A stretch of DNA of 33,459 bases from Octopus bimaculoides (GCF_001194135.2 NC_068998.1:47137673-47171131), one strand, 5' to 3'; shown: positions 21,225 through 33,216, numbered from the stretch's first letter. Notes: generated by a model from the letters alone, not told the origin. Translations and numbers: made by a program.

Positions 21225-21445
21225 GTGAGGTGGTGGAATCGTTAAGATGCCAGACAAAATGCTTAGCAGCATTTCATGTAGTCTGGTTCTTTACAGTCTG
21301 AGTTCAAATGCTCCTGGGGTCAACTATGCTTTTCCTCCTTTCAGGGCCGATAAAGCATATATCGTTGGCTACCGGGATTGATGTGGTCGATTAAGTCCTT
21401 CTGCCAAAATTTGAAACCATTGCAAATAAATAATTCTTTATTGTT
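21225..21445 (+). mobile_element. SINE family C, diverged
   Basis: GGTGAGGTGG..GAATCGTTA...CTGAGTTCAAAT...GGGGTCAACT.TGC.TTTCCTCCTTTC. Confidence 0.7.
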
Positions 21446-21480
21446 AACTCTCCGTCTCTGTCTGTCTGTCTCTCTCTCTC

Positions 21481-21514
<34 letters not shown>

Positions 21515-22811
21515 CCTCCCTCCCTCTTGGTAACCATGTCCCTCCTCTTCACCAGCAGACCTGTTTCTGCCCTCATTTTTGTTAACTTTCACTCTCTTTC
21601 TCTCCCCTTCTTCTTTTCTTCTTCTTCTTCTTCCTCCTCCCCTTCTCTCTGGCTGGGTACCCATGTACTTCCTCTACAGCAAGACATCTGTTTCTGTCTC
21701 TCTCTCTCTCACTCTAACCTTTCCTCATCTGACACAAGTACACCTCCTCCAATACCCGCTCCCCACCCCCTCAAAGATGCCTTGTCTTGCAAAGTTACTT
21801 GGCAACCCTGCCAATGCATGTGCCACTTAAAAAAGCATCTATCCAGTGGTGGTGGTGGTGGTGGTCGAGGATTCCCCACAGACCAGATCTATGGTTAGAG
21901 TAAAGCTGAAACCAGATGGAGGGTGACATAGCAGTGGAATGGTACCAGAAGTAAGGGCCATAAAAACTAAAAGACAGGCCTAGAAGTATCGGAAGAGAGT
22001 GGGGACAAGCTAAAAGTATCAGGTGACCAGAAGAGAACCTTAGTATTAAGCATACACGACAAGGAAGGAGAGTGGCGGTAAGGGGGAAAATAAGTATGGA
22101 TGGACAACAGGGCAATAGTATGTTTGGAAGATTGGAAATAATGAGCGGAGGATAGGGGTGGGGGGGGGACAGGACTAGGGTAGAGGAATAATAGGAAATT
22201 AAGCAATAATAACATTAGTACAACTTGGTGCTAATGTATGTGTAAGTGTGTGTGTGTCTTTATGTCTGTGTTGTGTTTATTCTCTAACACTTAACAAACG
22301 GTGTTGGTTAGTTTACATCCAGTAACTTAGCAGTTTGGCTACGAAGATCAATAGAACAAGTACCAGACTTGAAAAAAAAAGGGGTTGATCTGCTCAACTA
22401 AATCCTTTGAAGCAATGCACCAGCAAGGCTGCCGTCCAATGAGTGAAACCAGCAAAAGATAAAAGATACATATGTATCCCTCTTCTTTCAAGAGAGCAAG
22501 ATGTAATTTGAGAAAGATTTGGTTGGTTGCTATTTCTAGCAATTCAAGCAGCCACATAAAGGTCCTGTCACGGGCTCTACATAATACAGTTGTAGTTGCT
22601 GTTGTTGTTACAGACCAGTAGTCAATGATTTCCTGACTTTCTGTAGTGAAGTGTCATTCTGACCTTTTAAAGCGGGTTTTTACAGAAGCTTCCAAATGTC
22701 TTGTTTTGGTGTTCAGTAGATCGCACTTTGAACATAAGAGTAGTGTTGTGACATTTATATAAATATATACATGCATGTATGTATGTATGTATGTATGTAT
22801 GTATGTATGTA

Positions 22812-22851
<40 letters not shown>

Positions 22852-23966
22852 TCCATGAGTGCATATGAGTGTGTGAGTGTATGTCTATAAAATAATAGCG
22901 TCTGTGTTCAGTCCCATTCCATGGTACCTTGGCCGAGTNNNNNNNNNNNNNNNNNNNNNNNNNNNNNNNNNNNNNNNNNNNNNNNNNNNNNNNNNNNNNN
23001 NNNNNNNNNNNNNNNNNNNNNNNNNNNNNNNNNNNNNNNNNNNNNNNNNNNNNNNNNNNNNNNNNNNNNNNNNNNNNNNNNNNNNNNNNNNNNNNNNNNN
23101 NNNNNNNNNNNNNNNNNNNNNNNNNNNNNNNNNNNNNNNNNNNNNNNNNNNNNNNNNNNNNNNNNNNNNNNNNNNNNNNNNNNNNNNNNNNNNNNNNNNN
23201 NNNNNNNNNNNNNNNNNNNNNNNNNNNNNNNNNNNNNNNNNNNNNNNNNNNNNNNNNNNNNNNNNNNNNNNNNNNNNNNNNNNNNNNNNNNNNNNNNNNN
23301 NNNNNNNNNNNNNNNNNNNNNNNNNNNNNNNNNNNNNNNNNNNNNNNNNNNNNNNNNNNNNNNNNNNNNNNNNNNNNNNNNNNNNNNNNNNNNNNNNNNN
23401 NNNNNNNNNNNNNNNNNNNNNNNNNNNNNNNNNNNNNNNNNNNNNNNNNNNNNNNNNNNNNNNNNNNNNNNNNNNNNNNNNNNNNNNNNNNNNNNNNNNN
23501 NNNNNNNNNNNNNNNNNNNNNNNNNNNNNNNNNNNNNNNNNNNNNNNNNNNNNNNNNNNNNNNNNNNNNNNNNNNNNNNNNNNNNNNNNNNNNNNNNNNN
23601 NNNNNNNNNNNNNNNNNNNNNNNNNNNNNNNNNNNNNNNNNNNNNNNNNNNNNNNNNNNNNNNNNNNNNNNNNNNNNNNNNNNNNNNNNNNNNNNNNNNN
23701 NNNNNNNNNNNNNNNNNNNNNNNNNNNNNNNNNNNNNNNNNNNNNNNNNNNNNNNNNNNNNNNNNNNNNNNNNNNNNNNNNNNNNNNNNNNNNNNNNNNC
23801 GAAACTGAAAATTATGATACAAACACGCACAGTCAGCAGTACAACCATTCATGTGTATGTGTGTGCACACACACATACACACAGACAATCAAAAGCACAA
23901 TAAGCCATGTTTTATACACACACACACAAATACAGAGCACAGTCAGCAGTGTAAGGAGGCATGTTA

Positions 23967-24000
<34 letters not shown>

Positions 24001-24329
24001 CTGCAACCAGCTCTGATATGATACACACATAACCAGCAGTGCAACAAGCACGTTATGATGCACACACACACACACATACAGACACACACACACACACACA
24101 CACACAGAGGCACACATACACACACACACAGAGGCACACATACACACACATACAGACACACACACACACACACAGTGTCAACAATGCAATAATCACATTA
24201 TGATGCACACACAGACACACACACTTTTATAGCCAACAGTGCAACAAGCACGTTTTCATGCAAACACACACATGCACTTCAGTAACCTCACAGCTTCTGT
24301 AGGTTACAAACATGCCTGTATCCTACATC

Positions 24330-24679
24330 TAGTCTATCATCATTTTAACATCCACTTACCCAAGGTTGGATGTTGTTATTCGTTTAAGAGGATTTTCTAC
24401 AGTTGGGTGACCTTCATGTTGCCAACCCTCACCTATTTTTTAAGTAGAGTGATATCTACCCACAACCAGACATGTTTTCACAGAAGATTGGGAACGGACG
24501 ACATTGCTGGCATGACAGTGACACTCGTTAACGACCATCACGTGATGTCAAGACAATTACTTTACTTAAAAAATAGGTAAGGGTTGGCAACAGGAAGTAC
24601 ATCCAGCTGTAGAAAATCCTCTTAAACGAATAACTACATCCAACCTTGGATAAGTGCATGTTAAAATGATGATAGACTA
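24330..24679. repeat. 350-bp foldback: 121-nt inverted arms with a 108-nt spacer (family B relative)
   Basis: 24330-24450 versus reverse complement of 24559-24679: 10 mismatches by hand count. Spacer is homologous to 9805-9942 on the opposite strand. Confidence 0.88.
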
Positions 24680-24872
24680 TGCCACAGGACATAGATCAGA
24701 ATTGGGTCCCTAGTTCTGTGCAGCCCCACCGGGAAACTGGCCAATGTGGCCATGGCTTAGAAGAGCACTGCACACATGTATTCTAACATCAACCAGTCAG
24801 CATCATCTGTTGCACAGTTGACTTTGATTCAGAGAGTGAGTGAGGAGTGAGAGAGTGCAAGAGGGAGAGAGA

Positions 24873-24903
<31 letters not shown>

Positions 24904-25176
24904 TGATCATTGTTGTTGTCAACAGACTCAATAGCTATCTAAACTTACCTCTACTCCAGTCATACTGTAGCTATGACATCCTCACTATAACCCCACCCCC
25001 ATAGCATTAATTAAGTATCCTAGGTAACAGACACTACCCATCTGTTCCACGTAATTAAAAACTGACAAATATAACAATTGAATAGGTTTCTGTTTACTTC
25101 CTAAAAATAAATAATTATGAATAATTAACAAATATATTTTGCCAAGTATGTAAATTTCTGTCTGGATAATAATAGC

Positions 25177-25398
25177 AATAATAATAATCCCTTCTATTTT
25201 AGGCAAAAGGCCTGAAATTTGGTGGAAGGGGACTAGTCGATCACATCAACCCCAGTGTTTCACTGGTACTTAATTTATCGACCCCAAAAGCATGAAAGGC
25301 AAAAATCAACCTCGGTGGAATTTGAACTCAGGAAATAAAGACGGACAGAATACCATTAAGAATTTTGTCCAGCATGCTAAAGATACAGCCAGCTCACC
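25177..25398 (-). mobile_element. SINE family C with (ATT)n tail
   Basis: Aligns with 8458-8658 in the same orientation. Confidence 0.8.
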
Positions 25399-25685
25399 AC
25401 AAGTAATTTCTAATGCCAGATTACACATTGTTTGGTTGGGGGGGCCTACAAAGAAAAACCCGATTATAATGTTAACCTCAGCAGGAATTGAACAGGTATA
25501 CCCGAAAGGATGAAAGAAAAAGTCGACCTCAGCGGAATTTGAACTCAGATCATTCATGTAATACTGATTTGTCACATTCACACCTTGGACAAGTGTCTAA
25601 CAATTATGACCTCATATTGGCCAACGCTTTGTGAGTGAATTTGATAAACAGAAGCCATAGGAAGATTATTGTGTGTATATGTATG

Positions 25686-26075
25686 GTGGAGGCGCAATGG
25701 CCCAGTGGTTATGGCAGCGGATTCGCGGTCATAGGATCGCGGTTTCGATTCCCAGACCGGGCATTGTGAGTGTTTATTGAGCGAAAACACCTAAAGCTCT
25801 ACAAGGCTCCGGCAGGGGATGGTGGCGAACCCTGCTGTACTCTTTCACCACAACTTTCTCTCACTCTTACTTCCTGTTTCTGTTGTGCCTGTAATTCAAA
25901 GGGTCAGCCTTGTCACACTGTCTCACGCTGAATATCCCCAAGAACTACGTTAAGGGTACACATGTCTGTGGAGTGCTCAGCCACTTGCACGTTAATTTCA
26001 CGAACAGGGTGTTCCGTTGATTGGATCAACTGGAACCCTCGACGTTGTAAGCGACGGAGTGCCAACAACAAACAA
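25686..26075 (+). mobile_element. SINE family D (about 390 bp, tRNA-derived head, AAC-rich tail)
   Basis: Head GGCGCAATGGCCCAGTGGTTA...GGTTTCGATTCCC; 11-nt direct repeat GTATATGTATG at 25675-25685 and 26076-26086. Resembles tRNA-derived octopus OR-type SINEs from memory. Confidence 0.8.
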
Positions 26076-26105
26076 GTATATGTATGAGTTTAAACTCGGG
26101 GTTAT

Positions 26106-26486
26106 ATAACTGTGATTAAGAAGCTTGTTTGGTAACCATATGACTTTGAGTTAACTCTCACTGCATAGCACTTATGACAAGGGCCTTCTACTACAGCCCT
26201 GGGCTGACCAATGCCTTGTGAGGAAATTTGATAGATGGAAACTGTGTGGAGGTCTGTCATATGTGTGTGTGTGTGTGTGTGCAATTGTGTCTGTGTGATT
26301 GTGTATGTGTTTGTCCCCCACCATTGCATGACAACCAGTGCTGGTTTGTTTATGTCCATATAACTCAGTGGTTCAGCAAAAGAGTATTGAGGTCAACTTG
26401 TTTGACTAAACCATTCAAGGCAATGCTCCAGTATGGCTGCAACCCAATGGTGAAAACAAGCGAAAGAAAAGGAAAAGAATGAAAGG
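26106..26486 (+). mobile_element. SINE family A, diverged full-length copy
   Basis: Head, body, (TG)n and CTCCAGTATGGC 3' module in order. Confidence 0.7.
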
Positions 26487-27010
26487 AAAAAAATATCCCT
26501 AAACAAATGGCATGGTCACATCTGGAATGGATTTGATCAGGAGTCTAGTACGTCAGAGTTGAGCTGGGGACAAAGAACAACAACCACTTTTTTTTCGAGT
26601 TTCCGGCCATGACATTTTGCACCAAAAGCAAGAATGCCCCCTATTCAACCCGTTCTCCACAACCTGCCCCGCCATTTTCATACAATATGGCTATTTACTC
26701 TGACACCCTCTCCTACACACAATAAATACATCATCTGGCTGCAAGGAAGAATGCATAAATAACGCTTCGAATTCTGCCAAATTCTGCCTGAAAGCTAAGC
26801 TGTTGATGGAACGGTGCCAAACAAGCTCTTTCCACCCCCAACCCCCTCTCGGTAACTCGTTATTTACCAACAGTTTTATCTTTGTTGTTGAACACTTTAC
26901 AGTTATGGGTTAGCAGTTTCCTGCAGAACAATAATCGGTGTCGTTTAGCATCAAATAGACCCAGTTACCTTCTCCTCTCTCCTCATTCAGTGCATGCATG
27001 TGTTCGTGTA

Positions 27011-27380
27011 TACTCTTTTACTCTTTTACTTGTTTCAGTCATTTGACTGTGGCCATGCTGGAGCACCACCTTTATAGTCGAGCAAATCGACCCCTGAGCT
27101 TATTCTTTGTAAGCCTAGTACTTATTCAATCGGTCTCTTTTGCCAAACCGCTACGTTACAGGGGACGTAAACACACCAACATTGGTTGTCAAGCGATGGT
27201 GGGGGAACAGACACAGACATACAAGCACACACATATATGTACATATACGACGGGCATCTTTCAGTTTCCGTCTACCAAATCCACTCACAAGGCTTTGGTC
27301 GGCCCGAGGCTATAGTAGAAGACACTTCCAGGTGTCACAACCATGTGGTTGGGAAGTAAGCTTCTTACTGCACAGACACG
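27011..27380 (-). mobile_element. SINE family A with a short internal deletion
   Basis: Aligns with 19944-20400 and 32037-32625. Confidence 0.85.
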
Positions 27381-27941
27381 CTGACCAAAATGTGCTTTGC
27401 ATCAAGTTATAGCTTTCAAATGATGCCACCCCACTGGGTAAGTGGCCAGGCTGCCATTTCCCCCTCACCGGAAAGCAACTCCATCACCGGGTTACACATT
27501 TACATTTATCCATGTAAAATGTTTCATGTGTAACAATGAAGTTAATAGTGTGAAAAATTGTAATCGTATTAACAACTAATCTCAGTTAATCAACTATTTA
27601 ATTAATCATTAGCTGTGCTTGTCAAATTGTTGTTTTTGTTGTATACTGCATTGGTTAGTGGAGGTTTTTGTCTGCCAGTCAGCAGATCTTGTTTTGGACA
27701 TGGATCAAATTGCATGATGCATCAGTGTGAGTACACACATGTGCACACACACACATGTGCACACACACATGTGCATACACACACACACACACACACAAAG
27801 GCATACATACACACACATTGATTTTAAAGGTTATTATTTTTTTAACAATTTGAATAAGCTAAGTCACAGTCAAAACATGGATGAATAGATTTAGGATGAG
27901 TGGGTAGGTGGCTTGATGGGTGAATATCTAGGTGGATAGAT

Positions 27942-28138
27942 CATCATCATCATCATCATCGTTTAACGTCCGCTTTCCATGCTAGCATGGGTTGGACGAT
28001 TTGACCGAGGACTGGTGAAACCAGATGGCAACACCAGGCTCCAATCTAAATTTGGCAGAGTTTCTACAGCTGGATGCCCTTCCTAACGCCAACCACTCAG
28101 AGAGTGTAGTAGGTGCTTTTACATGTCACCTGCATGAT

Positions 28139-28173
<35 letters not shown>

Positions 28174-28500
28174 NNNNNNNNNNNNNNNNNNNNNNNNNNN
28201 NNNNNNNNNNNNNNNNNNNNNNNNNNNNNNNNNNNNNNNNNNNNNNNNNNNNNNNNNNNNNNNNNNNNNNNNNNNNNNNNNNNNNNNNNNNNNNNNNNNN
28301 NNNNNNNNNNNNNNNNNNNNNNNNNNNNNNNNNNTATATATATATATATATATCTGAGTGGTTGGTGTTAGGAAGGGTATCCAGCTGTAAAAACTGCCAA
28401 ATCAGATTGGAGCCTGGTGTAGCCATCCAGTTCACTTTTCCTCAGTCAAATCGTCCAACCCATGCTAGCATGGAAAGCGGACGTTAAATGATGATGATGA
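27942..28500. mobile_element. Two family B copies in inverted orientation around (TA)n and an N-gap
   Basis: 27942-28135 and 28355-28500 are reverse complements over about 145 nt with many independent substitutions. Confidence 0.8.
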
Positions 28501-29077
28501 CTGTTCTTTGGCTAGAATGGGTTGCACAGTTCGATAGGATCCAACGAGTTGCTGGGCGACATCGTACGCCAATGTGTATTTTGGAATGGTTTCTACAGCT
28601 GGAAGCCTTTCCTAATACCAACTATTTTACAGAGTGGACTGTTCTTTGTTTTGTTTTTCCTTTGTGATACCAGCTATGTGGGGTCGCCTTGCAACTTGCA
28701 AGACTAAAGGATCCCTGTAAATGAAGGAGAATAGGAAGCAGAAAGAGTGGGGGACGCAGAGAGAAACAAAAAATAATGATTTTAAGCAAAATGATGAGAG
28801 AGGACCATTACTTTCAAGGAAACATGGAATAATCTTGGACAATCCAACAAAAAGAGAAAAAAAGGTACAGATTTTAATCATGGCCGACATGTCTACATTG
28901 AAGAACAAACACTGGAAGACACTGAAGTATAACAAGATGGGGTGGGACGGGGTTGCTTATGTCCTATAGATTAGGGACACCAATGTGGTTTACATTATGT
29001 TTGGGCATCTGTAAGACGGTGTCAGTAGGGAAAATATAGGCAGGTGATGAAAATTTTCTAGGGGACAACAGAGTTGT

Positions 29078-29135
29078 GAGATGAAAGGACTAGGTAATTT
29101 ACATAATATAGGGATCAGTGAAGTGAGGCAGGGTA
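29078..29135 (+). pseudogene. Possible degenerate LINE apurinic endonuclease fragment
   Basis: EMKGLGNLHNIGISEVRQG resembles the RTE/CR1-type APE motif EM.RL.IDILGISEVRW.G. Surrounding frames contain stops. Confidence 0.35.
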
Positions 29136-29344
29136 AGAATTATGTGATGAGGACAGACAGGTATTTTGAATACATTTGGACAGCAGAAGGTAAACAGTTT
29201 CTTCACTAAAAGAACAAAGGCTGTGGTAGTGGCAGCGTAAGACTGAGAGGGAGGAGACATGTTTGATAAACTACCAAATCAACATTTAATTATCACTATG
29301 TCATCATACTGACTAGACTATCAGATGCCATAATACACCGCTTG

Positions 29345-29582
29345 TCACAATGCACTTCTTTGCATTGTTGGAGCATTCAAATAATGCCAACTCACTGGCT
29401 AGGTGGGTAGACCAGCATTTTACCTAAACAGAACATCAGTCCATCACAGGGTTACTTATTTACAGCTGGGTGGACTGCAGTAATGAGAAATGAAGTGTTT
29501 TGCTCAAGAACACAGTACAACACCAACCTGGGAAATGAACCCACAATCTTGCGACTATGAGTGCAACATCATAGCTATTAAT
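29345..29582 (-). mobile_element. SINE family E (tRNA-like head, GTGTTCTTGAGCAAAACACTT..CCACCCAGCTGTAAAT..CCTGTGATGGACTG)
   Basis: CORE/V-type central motifs on the minus strand; a more degenerate relative at about 203-390(+). Confidence 0.65.
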
Positions 29583-29657
29583 TACATCTATCCAAACAAT
29601 GTCGATATTTTTCATTTATTTAAATAAAAAAAAACAAAAGGTATCCATTATACTCAC

Positions 29658-29765
29658 CCCTTTATCATACACAAGAACTTTGAGAGATTTCTGGCCCTTG
29701 TAGTCTTCGGCAAGTTCACCCTCGCGCCATACCAGGGTGTCGTCACGTATCCATATTTTTGCATG
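29658..29765 (-). CDS. myo5: Myosin V, first visible coding exon (HAKIWIRDDTLVWREGELAEDYKGQKSLKVLVYDKG), N-terminal SH3-like region
   Basis: ttctttttctgcag acceptor and GGG|GTGAGT donor; 108 nt, phase 0/0. Matches the myosin V ARVWIPD..VW..AEL..DY pattern and joins in frame to the exon at 13307-13415. Not in the ORF track. Confidence 0.9.
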
Positions 29766-30313
29766 CTGCAGAAAAAGAACAAAAAAAAAAACAGGTCGTT
29801 AATTATTTAAGATATTCATTCGTTTATTGTAAGCTATAATTCCAAATATTTAGTTTGGAAATATGTTAAACAGAGAGAAGGGAGGGGAATAAATGAAGCC
29901 ACATACAATAGAAGAACAAGGCCAACAAGAACAATTTCAACAACATTAATAATAAACCATTGAAATTCCTTTTCTTCATATATATATATATATATANNNN
30001 NNNNNNNNNNNNNNNNNNNNNNNNNNNNNNNNNNNNNNNNNNNNNNNNNNNNNNNNNNNNNNNNNNNNNNNNNNNNNNNNNNNNNNNNNNNNNNNNATGT
30101 ATGTATATATTACGGAGATGTAATTGTGTAGCAAGTGACCAGATCTGAGATTGTCTGCTGAAACAAAAACAATTGCAGCATGGAAGGTGTCTAAGAGTCA
30201 TTTAAAAACACTCAAAAATCATTAGATTCACTTCAACATTTAAATTTAATTTGTCAAAATATTTTCGTCGCTTATGAGTCCAACACCCTAACCATTGAGC
30301 CACACACCTCCAT

Positions 30314-30365
30314 AAGCCTTGTGAGTGGATTTGGATTTGGCAAATGGAAACTGAAAGAAGCCCAT

Positions 30366-30413
<48 letters not shown>

Positions 30414-30645
30414 GGTATGTGTGTCTTTGCTTGTCCCACCACCACTACCACCACCACCACTTAACAACCAGTGTCAGTGTGTTTATGTCCCTGTAACCTA
30501 GCAGTTCAGCAAAAACAGATCGACAAAAAGTACCAGGTTTAAAAAAAAAGGAATGGGGTCGATTTATTCGACTAAAATTCTTCGAGGCGGTGCTCCAGCA
30601 TGGCCACAGTCTATTGACTGAAACAAGTAAAAGATGAAGGATAAA
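30314..30645 (+). mobile_element. SINE family A, 5'-truncated
   Basis: AAGCCTTGTGAGTGGATTTG...(TA)n...GGTGCTCCAGCATGGCCACAG. Confidence 0.78.
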
Positions 30646-31184
30646 CCCATGCGAACATGGAATAGTGGACTTTAGATGATTATGATAATGATGATGTTGA
30701 TGATGATGATGATGGTGGTGGTGATAATGATGATGGTGGTGATGAAGATGGTGGTGATGATGATAAACGTACATGCCTTGGGCTACAGATGTGACATGAT
30801 ATGCAATATGTTTTCCGTATCTAAACTTGGCAGAAGCCATTCTTCTCTGATCTGATCACAGTTGATTTCTTCCAGAGAAGAACCCTAGACTGGTCCCACA
30901 GGGACGAAAAAACATGCCTGACTTGTGGACGGATGGAACCTTGAACACAGACAGTCAGAATTAATACAAAGCATTCTAGCCAACACACTACCACCAACAT
31001 TATATAAACACATACAAACTCACACACACAGACACAAACTCATACACACTCACATAAAAACATACACACACACATACAGACTCACACACGCATACATACA
31101 AACTCATACACATACATATACATACATACATACACACGTACAAACTCTCACACATACATACACATACATACACACATACAAACT

Positions 31185-31220
<36 letters not shown>

Positions 31221-31285
31221 CATACATACACACATACATACATACAAACTCACACACACACATACACTGTGTTGAGAGTAAAGTT

Positions 31286-31468
31286 TTGTTCTGCTCCATA
31301 GCTCACTTCCTCCGCTTTCAATGCTTCGTCAACCAAGACGTCTTGGAAGCTTCAGTGAAGCAGTTCTTTGCCTTGAAGGACAAGATGTGGCATCAGCATG
31401 GGATCAAAGAACGGACAGAAAAGTGGCTCCAGGCGGTACAACACAATGGCCTCCACTCTGATTGCTAA
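31286..31468 (+). pseudogene. Mariner-type transposase C-terminal fragment
   Basis: ..FVNQDVLEASVKQFFALKDKMWHQHGIKERTEKWLQAVQHNGLHSDC* fits the mariner ending F....EV...V..FF.SK...FY..GI..L..RW..VV...G.Y. No upstream domain visible. Confidence 0.72.
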
Positions 31469-31562
31469 CCTGCTTTTGTGGTAACTTGATGAATAAAGTG
31501 ACTCAACACAATATAAACACATGCACACACACACACACACGTAATTATATATACATCCTGTA

Positions 31563-31740
31563 ATTCTTTTATTTGTTTTTAGTCATTTGACTGCGGCCAT
31601 GCTGGAGCACCACCTTTAGTCAAAGAAATCGACCCCAGGACTTATTCTTTGTAAGCCTTGTACTTATTCTATCGGTCTCTTTTTGCCAGACCGCTAAGTT
31701 ACGGGAACGTAAACACACCAGCATCGGTTGTGTGTGTGAG

Positions 31741-31783
<43 letters not shown>

Positions 31784-31800
31784 ACATATATACATATATA
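31563..31800 (-). mobile_element. SINE family A 3' module
   Basis: Near-identical to 32037-32200. Further fragments at about 757-820(-), 9697-9800(+), 13640-13730(+), 22250-22460(+), 22905-22938(+), 25580-25680(+). Confidence 0.8.
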
Positions 31801-32036
31801 GTGGTTGCTTTCCTTGCATATGAGCAAAACTATTGCTCGAAAGAATAACTGAAGTGAATCATTGATGATGCAATGTGGGGAGGCCCTTCCATGACTCTTG
31901 AGCCCGGCTAAACATTTGCCCCTTCTATTGCATAATGCACAGCTGTGCTTGCTGGCAGAGGGATCAGATGCCACAGTATCAACTCCTTTCACATGCCTTA
32001 TCAATCCTCCAACTGATAGGTACACCTTTCCACAGG

Positions 32037-32625
32037 TTACTCTTTTACTTGTTTCAGTCATTTGACTGTGGCCATGCTGGAGCACCGCCTTTAATTGAGC
32101 AAATCGACCCCAGGACTTATTCTTTATAAGCCTAGTACTTATTCTATCGGTCTCTTTTGCTGAATCGCTAAGTTACAGGGACGTAACACACCAGCATCGG
32201 TTGTCAAGCGATGTTGGGGGGACATATACACACACATACATATATATATCGTCGTCGTCGTTTAACGTCCGCTTTCCATGCTAGCATGGGTTGGACGATT
32301 TGACTGAGGACTGGTGAAACCAGATGGCTACACCAGGCTCCAATCTGATTTGGCAGTGCTTCTACAGCTGGATGCCCTTCCTAACGCCAACCACTCAGAG
32401 AGTGTAGTGGGTGCTTTTACGTGTCACCCGCACGAAATATATATATATATATATAAATATATATATACGACAGGCTTCTTTCAGTTTCCATCTAACAAAT
32501 CCACTCACAAGGCTTTGGTCGGCTTGAAACTATAGCAGAAGACACTTGCCCAAGGTGCCACGCAGTGGGAATGAACCCAGAACCATGTGGTTAGTAAGCA
32601 AGTGACTTACCACACAACTACGCCT
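32037..32625 (-). mobile_element. SINE family A, full length, with family B nested in its internal (TA)n
   Basis: 3' module 32037-32230, family B insert about 32250-32435, body and head 32460-32625. Confidence 0.85.
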
Positions 32626-33216
32626 ATGCCTAGGTTGCACCTTTTCTGTTCTGAACAGTAGCCACATCACAATTTTCAAGGGGCTAATTCCTGTGAGTTC
32701 TCTGACGGCTGACAAGGCCTTCATGATTCATTCATTTCCTCCCACAAACCACACATAAAAAGCAACACTCCCTCATTTCCCACGGGTTCATTCTTTCTAA
32801 GAACTTCTCTTATATATACATACATACATACATACATAAACACATGTATCTGTGTTTGGGTATAAGTGGGTTACTATACGAACAGATGTATATGAATAGT
32901 AATACTGTTCTCATTACCTCATCGGTAGAATTAATAACGTTTTAGGTCAAAATGCCACCAACGTAAACTATGACCATCGACCTTCTATGATCCAATGAGT
33001 CAAATGCTGGACACGTATACAAAACTATGCCAAAACAATTTGTAGCTGTGTGTCACTGTTTGAAGACATTATCACCATAATATGAAATATTACACTCCAC
33101 TATATTGTATTGTATTATATCATCCTATGTAAAATGACTGCAATATTAATTGCAAAGTACTGTAGTGGACCTATAAGCTTTGTACGCAGATCAGAGCTTT
33201 TCTAAGGCTATGACAC

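Noticed and set aside
21890-22090. Possible LINE RT C-terminal remnant (..DRPR...W)
   Set aside because: Only two or three residues match and stops intervene.
22667-24016. ORFs of 295-393 aa (also 6963-7398, 15172-15834, 28025-28487)
   Set aside because: Mostly translated N-gaps.
25691-25762. tRNA gene
   Set aside because: No complete acceptor-stem pairing or terminator; it continues into a ~390-bp body with tail and TSD, so it is a SINE head.
30836-30890. Possible transposase SPDL-like motif (PFFSDLITVDFF)
   Set aside because: Too short and degenerate to distinguish from chance.
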